From NCBI GenBank assembly GCA_049966795.1, contig JBMFTY010000002.1, forward strand, positions 10,874 to 74,873: a stretch of 64,000 nt of DNA, given 5' to 3'. Positions within the stretch are counted from its first letter, which is position 1, and each line of letters starts with the position of its first letter. Origin of the DNA: Thermoplasmata archaeon (GTDB lineage Archaea > Thermoplasmatota > Thermoplasmata > Thermoplasmatales > GCA-001856825). Below, in pieces: positions 52,882-61,526 of the stretch. The position numbers and the translations under genes were made by a program. The notes under the pieces were generated by a model. The model saw only the letters and a list, made by a program, of their open reading frames with translations, was not told the origin of the DNA and searched no databases.

Positions 52882-53541
52882 ATGGTAAAACTGACGTGGT
52901 TTGGACATGCTGCTTGGCAGATCGAGTTCAGCGAAGCGGTTGTTATTATTGATCCCTTTCTCAGGAATAACCCCAAGTCGCCGGTGAAGCCGGAAGATCT
53001 GGGCAGGGTTGATTTCGTCATAGTGACGCACAATCATGACGATCACCTTGGGGATGCGTTTGAGATAGTGAAGCAGAAGAAGGCAAAGCTAATCTCAATC
53101 TTTGAAAACGCAGCGCCTGCGTATGGTCAGGGGATTCCAGAGGAAGATATAATTGGGATGAACATCGGCAGCCAGGTGGACCTGGGAAAGATCAAAGTTG
53201 CCCTGGTTCAGGCCGTTCACACTGGAAACTGCGCAGGTGCAGTGGTGACCGCTGACGGCATCACTATTTACCATGCAGGGGATACGGGCCTCTTTGGTGA
53301 CATGAAGCTGATAGGCCAGCTTTACAGGCCTAAGGTCTCCCTGCTTCCAACGGGAGGCTTCTACACCATGGGACCGAAGGAAGCAGCCATGGCTGCGCGA
53401 ATGCTGGGCTCAGAGATAGTGTTTCCCATGCACTACGGAACATTTCCCGCAATAAACACGGATCCAAGGGAGCTAAAGGATGCGCTTGGCTCGGAGGTCC
53501 TTGTTCCGATCCTGAAGCCTGGTGAGTCATTCATAGTTTGA
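52882..53541 (+). CDS. UPF0173-type metal-dependent hydrolase (MBL fold)
   Basis: MVKLTWFGHAAWQIE...IIDPFL...FVIVTHNHDDHLGDA (HxHxDH motif). 219 aa. Confidence 0.8.
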   Translation: MVKLTWFGHAAWQIEFSEAVVIIDPFLRNNPKSPVKPEDLGRVDFVIVTHNHDDHLGDAFEIVKQKKAKLISIFENAAPAYGQGIPEEDIIGMNIGSQVDLGKIKVALVQAVHTGNCAGAVVTADGITIYHAGDTGLFGDMKLIGQLYRPKVSLLPTGGFYTMGPKEAAMAARMLGSEIVFPMHYGTFPAINTDPRELKDALGSEVLVPILKPGESFIV

Positions 53542-53578
53542 AGGGAAAGACTAAATTTGACGACGATCTAAACATTTC

Positions 53579-54508
53579 GTGCAAAGAGGGTACTATCTGG
53601 GCTTCGATGTTGGCGGTACCAAGATAACTGCAGTTCTAGCGTCTGAAAATGGAAGAATAAGGAAGAAGATAGAGGCAAAGACAAGGAAGTTCAGAGGATC
53701 CGCGGAACTGATAGAGCAGGTACGTTCGATATCATCGGAGTTCGAAGGATTTGAAAATGTTGGTGTGATATTCCCCGCGCCGATCTCACCAGAGGGCATC
53801 ACCCTTTACGCGCCAAATCTCTTCGGATGGAGAGGGGTCAACTTGAAGAGGAAGCTGGAGGAAGCCCTAGGGATGGATGTTTACATAGAGAACGACACCA
53901 CTGCACAGGCAATATCAGTCAAGGTATTTGACAAAGGGTCCAGATTCAGGAACTTCGTATACCTTGCAATCGGAACCGGAATAGGGGGAGGGATATTCGT
54001 TAACGACGAGGTCTACAGGGGAAGCAACGGATACGCTGGCGAGCTCGGCCACTCTGTGGTTCTTGCGAACGGTCCAATGTGCGGTTGCGGAAGGAGGGGA
54101 TGCCTGGAGGCCCTCGCTTCGGGACCTGCGATCACAAGGAGAGCAATGGAGAACTCGAAGGAGATGAACTCATCCCCATTCCTATCAAGCATTCCTCTGG
54201 ATAGGCTCACGGCGGAGGATATATTCAGCGGCAGGAAGCTGGGGGATCCGTTCTGCACGCTGCTAGTGGATGAAACGCTGTACTACCTTTCCGTGGCCGT
54301 GGCAAATTACATAAACATCTTCGACCCTGAGGCGATATTCATAGGAGGGGGCCTCATTAGGAACGATCCCTCCCTTGTAAAGGAGCTAAAGGAATCTGTG
54401 GACAGGGAACTTGGGAACTACTACAGAAATGTCCCGATATTCTTGGTTTCTGAGAGAACGGTGCAGCTTGCGCCGGTTGCGCTGGCGATATACGAACGCT
54501 CAAAATAA
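53579..54508 (+). CDS. ROK-family sugar kinase (glucokinase-like)
   Basis: LGFDVGGTKITAV, GYAGELGH and the zinc motif CGCGRRGCLEA. GTG start. Confidence 0.8.
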   Translation: MQRGYYLGFDVGGTKITAVLASENGRIRKKIEAKTRKFRGSAELIEQVRSISSEFEGFENVGVIFPAPISPEGITLYAPNLFGWRGVNLKRKLEEALGMDVYIENDTTAQAISVKVFDKGSRFRNFVYLAIGTGIGGGIFVNDEVYRGSNGYAGELGHSVVLANGPMCGCGRRGCLEALASGPAITRRAMENSKEMNSSPFLSSIPLDRLTAEDIFSGRKLGDPFCTLLVDETLYYLSVAVANYINIFDPEAIFIGGGLIRNDPSLVKELKESVDRELGNYYRNVPIFLVSERTVQLAPVALAIYERSK

Positions 54509-54553
54509 CCTGGATCGGGGAAACATTTTTACCGGGTTTTCACTCGTTCATCC

Positions 54554-55723
54554 ATGACGAAGATAAAGAGCTTTGAGGCGATAGAGCTCGGGGAAGAGGG
54601 TGAAAAATCCAGTCCCTGGAGTTCCACTATCCTAATATTGAAACTGGAGACGGAGGACGGGGAGGTGGGTTATGGCGAAGCTCCGACCACCCTGATGACC
54701 AGGCCCGTTTACGAGCAGATGCGGGAGGTAGGCAGGGTATTTGCTGGGAGGGAGGTTGAGGAGGTCAGGAAGAACTATCTTGAATTTTACAAAAGGTCAT
54801 TCTACCTGCCCGTGTCGATGGAATCGACATCCGCGCTGAGTGCTTTTGAAATAGCATCATGGGATATAATAGGGAAGATGTACGGTGCGCCTGTTTACCA
54901 GCTAATAGGAGGAAAGGTCAGGGGGAGGGTGAAAGCTTACGCTAACGGCTGGTATGACGGCTGCGTCACTCCTGAGGATTTCTTGAAAAAAGGGAAGGGA
55001 GTTGAAAAGGAGGGTTTCGCGGCGGTGAAGTTTGACCCGTTTGGCCCCAATTTCGATACACTGACAAGGGAAGGAGCCAATAAGGCAAAAGAGATTGTTC
55101 TCTCCCTCAAGGAGAACACTAAACTTGAACTCCTGATAGAATGCCACGGAAGGTTCAACGCCAATGCCGCAATCCTTGCCGCGGAATACCTCGAAGACTT
55201 GGATCCATTCTTCATTGAGGAACCAGTTCACCCAGACCAGATCTCAGGCCTCAGGAGGCTGAGGGAGAGGAGCAACGTGAGGATTGCCCTGGGGGAAAGG
55301 GTGCTGAACAAAAACCTCTTCCTTCCGTATCTGGAATCAGATCTCGTGGACGTGATTCAGCCAGACATCACGAATGTCGGAGGCATAATGGAAGCCCTGG
55401 AATCCTCAATCCTCGCCGGTGCGTATGGGGTTGAGGTGGCCTTCCACAACGCTTTCGGACCGATTCAGACTGCTGCCACCCTCAATCTGGATTACGCGAT
55501 TAGGAATTTCCTCATACAGGAAAGCTTCGAGAATTTCTGGCCAGATTGGAAAAAAAGGCTACTGAGGTCAGGCTACAGGCTGGAAAACGGCTTCTTCACA
55601 CTCTCTGGAAAACCTGGACTAGGGATAGAGGTTGACGAGAGAATCTTGGAGGAGTACAGGACGGACGAGATGGAGGGGTCGAGCGATGAACCACCCTGGG
55701 TGGTAAAGGGCACATTCAGGTGA
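54554..55723 (+). CDS. enolase-superfamily D-gluconate/galactonate dehydratase
   Basis: GEVGYGEAPTT, YANGWYDGCVTPEDF, KFDPFGP, ECHGRFNAN, FIEEPV, IALGER and IQPDITNVGG reproduce the pattern of the archaeal gluconate dehydratases of the non-phosphorylative ED pathway. Confidence 0.75.
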   Translation: MTKIKSFEAIELGEEGEKSSPWSSTILILKLETEDGEVGYGEAPTTLMTRPVYEQMREVGRVFAGREVEEVRKNYLEFYKRSFYLPVSMESTSALSAFEIASWDIIGKMYGAPVYQLIGGKVRGRVKAYANGWYDGCVTPEDFLKKGKGVEKEGFAAVKFDPFGPNFDTLTREGANKAKEIVLSLKENTKLELLIECHGRFNANAAILAAEYLEDLDPFFIEEPVHPDQISGLRRLRERSNVRIALGERVLNKNLFLPYLESDLVDVIQPDITNVGGIMEALESSILAGAYGVEVAFHNAFGPIQTAATLNLDYAIRNFLIQESFENFWPDWKKRLLRSGYRLENGFFTLSGKPGLGIEVDERILEEYRTDEMEGSSDEPPWVVKGTFR

Positions 55724-55732
55724 GGTGTTACC

Positions 55733-56350
55733 TTGAAGATTCATGATCTTTCTCTTCAATACGAGGACGGGATGCCCTATTTCGAGGGGGATCCAAAACC
55801 GGAGATAAGGCAATTCAGGACAATAGCGAAGGATGGATACAATCTGAAGGAGATGCACATCGGCACGCACACGGGAACGCACATAGACGCACCCTCTCAC
55901 TTCATCGAGGGAGGGGAGGGGGTTGACGAACTTGGTCTGGAAAGGCTTTCAGGCCTCGCCACCTGCATCAGATATGACCAAAAGGAGGGGATAGAGCTTC
56001 CGGAGCAGAAGTTCAAAATAATCCTGCTTTACACAGGCTACAACGAAAGGTGGGGTGAGCACAGGGTATTCAGGGATTACAGTTTCATAAATGCGAAGGA
56101 TGCAGAAGAAATAAGGAGGTACGGGGCGAAGATCGTGGGCATCGATTCCCCATCCGTTGAGGCTCCCGGCTCCAAAAATTTTGAGGCTCACAGGATACTC
56201 CTTGGCAATTCCATAGTTATAGCCGAAAATCTTAACTCAAGGACCCTTTCAGGCATCATTGGGAAGGTCGTTTTCGTGATGATATTCCCGCTTCTGGTGA
56301 AGGGCGGGGATGGCGCCCCTTCCAGAATCGTGGCGCTGGAGGGGTTGTAA
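55733..56350 (+). CDS. cyclase-family metal hydrolase (kynurenine formamidase-like, PF04199 type)
   Basis: HIGTHTGTHIDAPSHF is the HxGTHxDxPxH signature. TTG start preceded by AGGTGAGGTG. The stop overlaps the next ATG (TAATG). Confidence 0.75.
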   Translation: MKIHDLSLQYEDGMPYFEGDPKPEIRQFRTIAKDGYNLKEMHIGTHTGTHIDAPSHFIEGGEGVDELGLERLSGLATCIRYDQKEGIELPEQKFKIILLYTGYNERWGEHRVFRDYSFINAKDAEEIRRYGAKIVGIDSPSVEAPGSKNFEAHRILLGNSIVIAENLNSRTLSGIIGKVVFVMIFPLLVKGGDGAPSRIVALEGL

Positions 56351-57417
56351 TGAGGGCATTGGTCACGGTCCCCCCAGCAGGAGGCATAAGGCTCGTCGAC
56401 CTTCCCCGCGAGAGGGGGGAGGGAATTCTCGTGAAAACTCAGTTCACCGGCATCTGCGGCACGGACAAGGAGCTGGTTCTCGGGAAACTTAGATTTGCAA
56501 GGCCCCAGGAAGGAAACACTCTGGTGCTCGGGCATGAGGCGGTTGGCAAGGTGATAGACCCGGGGACCTCCTCCATTCTAAAGAGGGGGGATGTGGTTGT
56601 ACCCATGGTGAGGAGGCCTGGAGGTTGCAGGATGTGCAAAATGGGAAGGCAGGATTACTGCGAGGACGGAGATTTCGTGGAAGCAGGTATAAGGGGGAAG
56701 AACGGCTTCATGAGGGACGAGTTCCTCGAAGATGAGAATTTCCTCATAAGGGTGGAGGAAGGCTCGATGGAGAGGCTGGCCGTGCTGACTGAGCCGCTGA
56801 AGAATGCGATGAAGATCAGGGAGGTATTCAGGTTCATGGCATCTAGGATCCCGTGGAACTGCGATGATTCAACGTTGCGGTGCAAGAATTTGTATGTGTT
56901 TGGAACAGGTACGGAGGGCCTTCTCATCTCCACGGTATTCAGGAACATGGGGATGAATGTAATTGCGGTAAACAGGCACCCTTTGGATGAGAATGTGGCG
57001 TCCTTCCTGGATCACAATGGCATAGGGTTCCTCGATACCTCCAAAGAAACCTTGGAAAGCAGGGTTAGGATCGAGAGGATGGATGCTGCAATAGATGCCG
57101 TGGGTGCCATGGACATCCTGAAGGGCATAAGCGACAACATCAACAACAACGGCATCGTGATTCTATTCGGAACAAACGGTCAGATGCCATCCTCGCTGTA
57201 CGATGTCCTGGAAGGCATAGTGGATAAGAACGTAATAATGGCAGGCAGCGTTGACGGGGCAAGGATACATTACCACGAGGCTGTGGAGTTCATAGAACGC
57301 TACGGGAAGGAAACGTCTCTTGAACGGATGATCACCGGTGTATATGAACCCGAGGAAACGGGAATTTTCACGGAAAAGGAGAAAGGGGAGATAAAAAAAG
57401 TAATAAAGTGGTCGTGA
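56350..57417 (+). CDS. gdh: glucose 1-dehydrogenase (Zn-dependent MDR, Thermoplasma type)
   Basis: GICGTDKELV, LVLGHEA, VVPMVRRPGGCRMCKMGRQDYC, EAGIRGKNGFMRDEF, LAVLTEPLKNAMK, NNNGIVILFGTNG and the C-terminal GEIKKVIKW track the T. acidophilum glucose dehydrogenase sequence as I recall it. Confidence 0.85.
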   Translation: MRALVTVPPAGGIRLVDLPRERGEGILVKTQFTGICGTDKELVLGKLRFARPQEGNTLVLGHEAVGKVIDPGTSSILKRGDVVVPMVRRPGGCRMCKMGRQDYCEDGDFVEAGIRGKNGFMRDEFLEDENFLIRVEEGSMERLAVLTEPLKNAMKIREVFRFMASRIPWNCDDSTLRCKNLYVFGTGTEGLLISTVFRNMGMNVIAVNRHPLDENVASFLDHNGIGFLDTSKETLESRVRIERMDAAIDAVGAMDILKGISDNINNNGIVILFGTNGQMPSSLYDVLEGIVDKNVIMAGSVDGARIHYHEAVEFIERYGKETSLERMITGVYEPEETGIFTEKEKGEIKKVIKWS

Positions 57418-57439
57418 TAATGGGCAAGGGAGCTAAAGC

Positions 57440-58609
57440 TTGAAAAGTGGACTTAGGAACATTTATGTTTACACATTTCTCTACTCCTTCCTCCTGCTGA
57501 ACCCCATCTGGGTACTCTACCTTATGGGGCTGGGATTCAACCTGTTCCTGGTAACGCTGCTGGACGTGGTGTTTTACCTGACGATTGTCCTTGTGAGCAT
57601 ACCAACCGGAAGAATCGCGGACAGGATCGGGAGGAAAGCTGCCTTGCTTGCATCGTCCATTCTCACCGGACTGGGGATAGTATTCTTTGGCCTGTTCACT
57701 TCCTTCCTTGGTATAACGGCAAGCTACATCCTTTGGGGTGTCGGAGCTGCGATAAACTCGAGCGCTCTTGAGAGCCTCACCTACGAATACTCCAAGTCCC
57801 ATGGTCTCAGGTACCTGGAGATCATAGGAATGGCCAATTTCCTTTCCGCCGTTTCCATCGCAATGGCCTCCCTGATAGGGGGCTACATGGGGGAATACCT
57901 GGGGCTGAAGATCGTTATTTTTGCCACCGGCGGCTTCGTCATCGCCTCCTCAGCGTATACCCTCATGTTCAAGGAGAAACCGAGGACTAAGAGCAACGGA
58001 AATGTCCCCCTGAAGCTTCGCCAGTACGTTTCAGACAGGAGGATTCTCTCCCTCATACTGATAAGGGTGGCCCTCGTTCTGAACTTCAACATGATGGTGA
58101 TATTCAAGCAGCCGTACTACAAGGAGCTTGGGATTTCCACCGGGATCATAGGACTCATATTCTTCGTGGATGTGCTTCTCAGGGGTTTTTCCTCGCTGTA
58201 TACCCAGCGTTTCTCCTTCATAGCGAGGAACAGGTTCGCATCGATGCTCTTCTTCACGTCCCTGACATTCTTCACGATCTACATACCGGGCCTTATTCAG
58301 AACTACGTTTCAATATTCTTCCTCATACTTAACTCGGTGATATATGGCTTCTATTCAAATATATTGAGCGAAGAGGTCAATATTTTAGTTCCAACTGAGG
58401 TCAGGGCCACAGTCCTCTCCGTCATATTTCTCGTCAGCTCGCTTCTGACTGCGCTGGCTGAACCGTTCCTCGGGGCATCGGCAACGATCATAGGGCTGAA
58501 GAAGACATTCATCATCTTCTCAGTGGTCTTCATGTTCATCTCAACTCTCGCAATCCTCATTCATGCCAAGGGGAAGGATGTGAGGGAGATCGGAAGCGTT
58601 CACCTGTGA
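57440..58609 (+). CDS. MFS transporter
   Basis: About 12 TM segments and the MFS loop motif PTGRIADRIGRK. It follows the sugar-oxidation genes on the same strand. Confidence 0.75.
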   Translation: MKSGLRNIYVYTFLYSFLLLNPIWVLYLMGLGFNLFLVTLLDVVFYLTIVLVSIPTGRIADRIGRKAALLASSILTGLGIVFFGLFTSFLGITASYILWGVGAAINSSALESLTYEYSKSHGLRYLEIIGMANFLSAVSIAMASLIGGYMGEYLGLKIVIFATGGFVIASSAYTLMFKEKPRTKSNGNVPLKLRQYVSDRRILSLILIRVALVLNFNMMVIFKQPYYKELGISTGIIGLIFFVDVLLRGFSSLYTQRFSFIARNRFASMLFFTSLTFFTIYIPGLIQNYVSIFFLILNSVIYGFYSNILSEEVNILVPTEVRATVLSVIFLVSSLLTALAEPFLGASATIIGLKKTFIIFSVVFMFISTLAILIHAKGKDVREIGSVHL

Positions 58610-59136
58610 ACTGCGATGAATCCCAGGGCCTTCCTTTCAAGCGCCTCTATGAGGTCTTCCGGGAGAGGATAAGAAAAAACCGTGATTGCAAACTCCTTGT
58701 CCATGAAACGGGAAAGGGAATTCACGGCCCTCAGGAAAAGCCTCTTCGCATTCCCCTCTTTCCCCATCTGGTAATGAACCATTGAGACGCAGAGAAGCAC
58801 GAGGCCATGGAAGAAAATGCTCTCCTCCCCATCCGTTCCGCGCCAGAACCTCTCGAAGAATTCGTGCCCAAGCCAGTATTTCTCCTCCCTCATGAGGGCG
58901 AAGCCATCTGAAAGGCTTCCGAAATTCAAAGCCTGACCGCTGTCCCCGGAAGGGAGAACGCACGTCTCAATGCATCCCAGATTTGATGATAAGTCGAAAC
59001 CTTCCTCCAGTCTCGCGAACTTGAGATCCAGCTCAATGAATTGCGAACCCCTCCTCACGATTGCCCCTTTTCTTCTCATTGCATCTTCCCTTGAATCCCG
59101 CAGGAAGAAGATGAACCTGAATCTCTCCCTCTCCAC
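58600..59136 (-). CDS. DUF309-domain protein
   Basis: YWLGHEFFERFW...FFHGLVLLCVSMVHYQMGKEGNAKRL matches the DUF309 pattern (W.aHE..E..W ... GLIq.A....H...GN..GA). Confidence 0.5.
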   Translation of the reverse strand: MERERFRFIFFLRDSREDAMRRKGAIVRRGSQFIELDLKFARLEEGFDLSSNLGCIETCVLPSGDSGQALNFGSLSDGFALMREEKYWLGHEFFERFWRGTDGEESIFFHGLVLLCVSMVHYQMGKEGNAKRLFLRAVNSLSRFMDKEFAITVFSYPLPEDLIEALERKALGFIAVHR

Positions 59137-59187
59137 GGGTCACAATTGAAAATGAAACAATAAATTTATCCAGTTCTCCCTCCAAGA

Positions 59188-59703
59188 TCAGGAACTATGA
59201 GATTCAACTGAGGACATCATCTCCTCCATCGCCTTCTGCTTTGGACCGAACCTCCTGAATCTCATGAACTTGTCCTCCTCGAGTTCCTTGTAATGCTCGA
59301 AGAAGTGCCTTATTATCCTTTTCAGGTATTCAGGTACATCCTCTATGTCCCTTATCGTGGATGAATTGGGATCAACCTTGTCCACGGGAACTGCCAGTAT
59401 CTTGTTGTCCTCCCCTTCCTCGTCCTGCATCTCCGCTATCCCGATGGGTCTGCACTTCACCATGATTCCGGGAAGTATCGGGGAGGAGGAGATGATGATC
59501 ACGTCAAGGGGGTCCCCATCCCTGGCCCTGGTTCCGACGATCATCCCGTAGTTTGCGGGATAGTTCATGGGGGTGAACAAGATCCTATCAAGGACGATTG
59601 AACCAAGTTGTTCATGGTACTCGTACTTGTTCCTACTCCCTTCAGATATCTCTACAAGGGCGTAGAACGTCTCCGGAAAATCCTCCGTGACTACGGATTT
59701 CAT
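59188..59703 (-). CDS. ppa: inorganic pyrophosphatase (family I)
   Basis: VEISEGSRNKYEY, NYGMIVGTRARDGDPLDVIIIS, MQDEEGEDNKILAVP and HFFEHYKELE. I chose the start at ATG 59703 (MKSVV) by analogy with PPases of about 175 aa. The track ORF starts at 59751. Confidence 0.9.
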   Translation of the reverse strand: MKSVVTEDFPETFYALVEISEGSRNKYEYHEQLGSIVLDRILFTPMNYPANYGMIVGTRARDGDPLDVIIISSSPILPGIMVKCRPIGIAEMQDEEGEDNKILAVPVDKVDPNSSTIRDIEDVPEYLKRIIRHFFEHYKELEEDKFMRFRRFGPKQKAMEEMMSSVESHSS

Positions 59704-59898
59704 GGGGGGCAATATGGATTTGATAAATAAGCATGAGGTCATATCCTCCATATCGGATCAAGGGACCTTCAATTTCAGGAGGAAACTCTTGGTAATGGGA
59801 TTCTCGGGAATCCACGATGGGAAATTCCTAGTCTGGGCAAGGGAATTTCAGCTTTCTAAATACAAAATTTATTTAACTGATGAAAAGGTTGTTAATGC

Positions 59899-61503
59899 AT
59901 GCCCGTCAAAGCCGTTCTCATTAGACCATCCAACAGGACGGGAAGCGGGTATCTCACTAAATGGGGCTTCCTTCCCGCACCCCTTGGCCTCCTTTCGCTG
60001 GCTGGAGAGATCCTCAGGGTGGAAGGTTCAAAAGTGAAAATCATCGATATGGAGGGGGACAACCTCTCACTTGAAGATACTGTGAAAGAGGCGCTGGAGT
60101 TCAATCCTGACATCGTCGGGATAACGCTCCACGCGACGGCTGCCCACAACAACGCAGGTTTCATTGCTAGAAAGATAAAGGAGGAGAAGCCTGATGTTGT
60201 GACCGTTGCGGGCGGCCATCATGCAACCTTCCTACCGAAGGAGATCATAAGGGCAGGTTTTGACATTTCAGTTCTGGGAGAGGGAGATGAAACGATGTAC
60301 GAGATAGCATCCGCGGTGTCCGAGGCTCGAGAGTTCAGCGGGATAAAGGGCATCGTATACCGGGATGGGGAAAAGATAATAAGGAATCCACCCAGGTCGC
60401 TCATAGGTGATCTGGATTCCCTGCCAATGCCACCGATGTGGCTTCTCGATCCGGAGAAGTACACATTCAAGGTGTTCGGAAAGGAGGACAGGGTGATGTG
60501 CATCGAAACGTCGAGGGGGTGTCCATACGCCTGCGACTTCTGCTCAGTTACCCCAACATGGGGGAACAAGTGGAGAAACAAGTCCAATTCGAGGATACTC
60601 GAGGAGATGAGGATGGCGCTGAGCTATGGATACAACTGGATATTCTTCACGGACGACATATTCGTGGTATACCCGAACGTGAAGCAGAGAAGGAACCTTT
60701 TCAATTCCATCATGGAGGAAGATATCAGGACAAGATGGATAGTGCAGATGAGAGCGGACGTCACGAGCAAAAATCCTGACCTCATTGAACTTGGGGCAAA
60801 AGCGGGGATGAAAATATCGTTTCTCGGGGTGGAATCGGGCAGCGAAGAGGTTCTCAAGAAGATGCACAAGGGGGAGTTCACGTCGCAGTCCGAGGAGGCA
60901 GTGAAAATACTCTCAAGGAACGGCATAATAGTTCTCATAGGCATGATGATAGGTGCCCCATACGAGCGCATAAGGGACGTGGTCACATCGATCAGGTTCT
61001 CAAGGAGACTCGCGAGGTCAGGTGCGGACGCAATACAGTTCTCCATCTACACACCCCTCCCCGGGACAAGGGTGTTCGACGATGCCATAAGGAAAAGGAG
61101 CATCTTCACGTTGGACTGGGACAGGTACGACGTGGTGACGCCTGTCATGAAAACGAAGGTGGGGCCTGTGATAGACCAGATTGCCCAGCTCTATGCCACG
61201 TACTCCTTCTACCTCTACAAATACTTCAGGGGCAAAATCCTGAGGATAAGGACGGAGGATGACAAGAAGAAGCTTCTCGACAACGCGCTGGATTTCATAA
61301 TGAAGATGATGCCATCATACATCAGGGACGTGATTCACTTCCCCAAGTTCCTGCTTGAGACGCACAGGAAATATAGAGAGGGGAGGAACCTCAACGGAGT
61401 GGATGAGAGGGAGATAGAGGAGCTGATGGAAACTTCAAACAGGGTGGTCTACGACCTCATGGGCAGCAAGAATCCCTACTTCATGATAAAGGAAGCAAAA
61501 TGA
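59899..61503 (+). CDS. B12-binding-domain radical SAM protein
   Basis: N-terminal cobalamin-binding-like Rossmann region (IVGITLHATAAHNNA...VTVAGGHHATF) and the radical SAM cluster motif ETSRGCPYACDFCSV (CxxxCxxC). 534 aa. Confidence 0.85.
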   Translation: MPVKAVLIRPSNRTGSGYLTKWGFLPAPLGLLSLAGEILRVEGSKVKIIDMEGDNLSLEDTVKEALEFNPDIVGITLHATAAHNNAGFIARKIKEEKPDVVTVAGGHHATFLPKEIIRAGFDISVLGEGDETMYEIASAVSEAREFSGIKGIVYRDGEKIIRNPPRSLIGDLDSLPMPPMWLLDPEKYTFKVFGKEDRVMCIETSRGCPYACDFCSVTPTWGNKWRNKSNSRILEEMRMALSYGYNWIFFTDDIFVVYPNVKQRRNLFNSIMEEDIRTRWIVQMRADVTSKNPDLIELGAKAGMKISFLGVESGSEEVLKKMHKGEFTSQSEEAVKILSRNGIIVLIGMMIGAPYERIRDVVTSIRFSRRLARSGADAIQFSIYTPLPGTRVFDDAIRKRSIFTLDWDRYDVVTPVMKTKVGPVIDQIAQLYATYSFYLYKYFRGKILRIRTEDDKKKLLDNALDFIMKMMPSYIRDVIHFPKFLLETHRKYREGRNLNGVDEREIEELMETSNRVVYDLMGSKNPYFMIKEAK

Positions 61504-61526
61504 AAACGTGAGGAACATCTGAGGGT

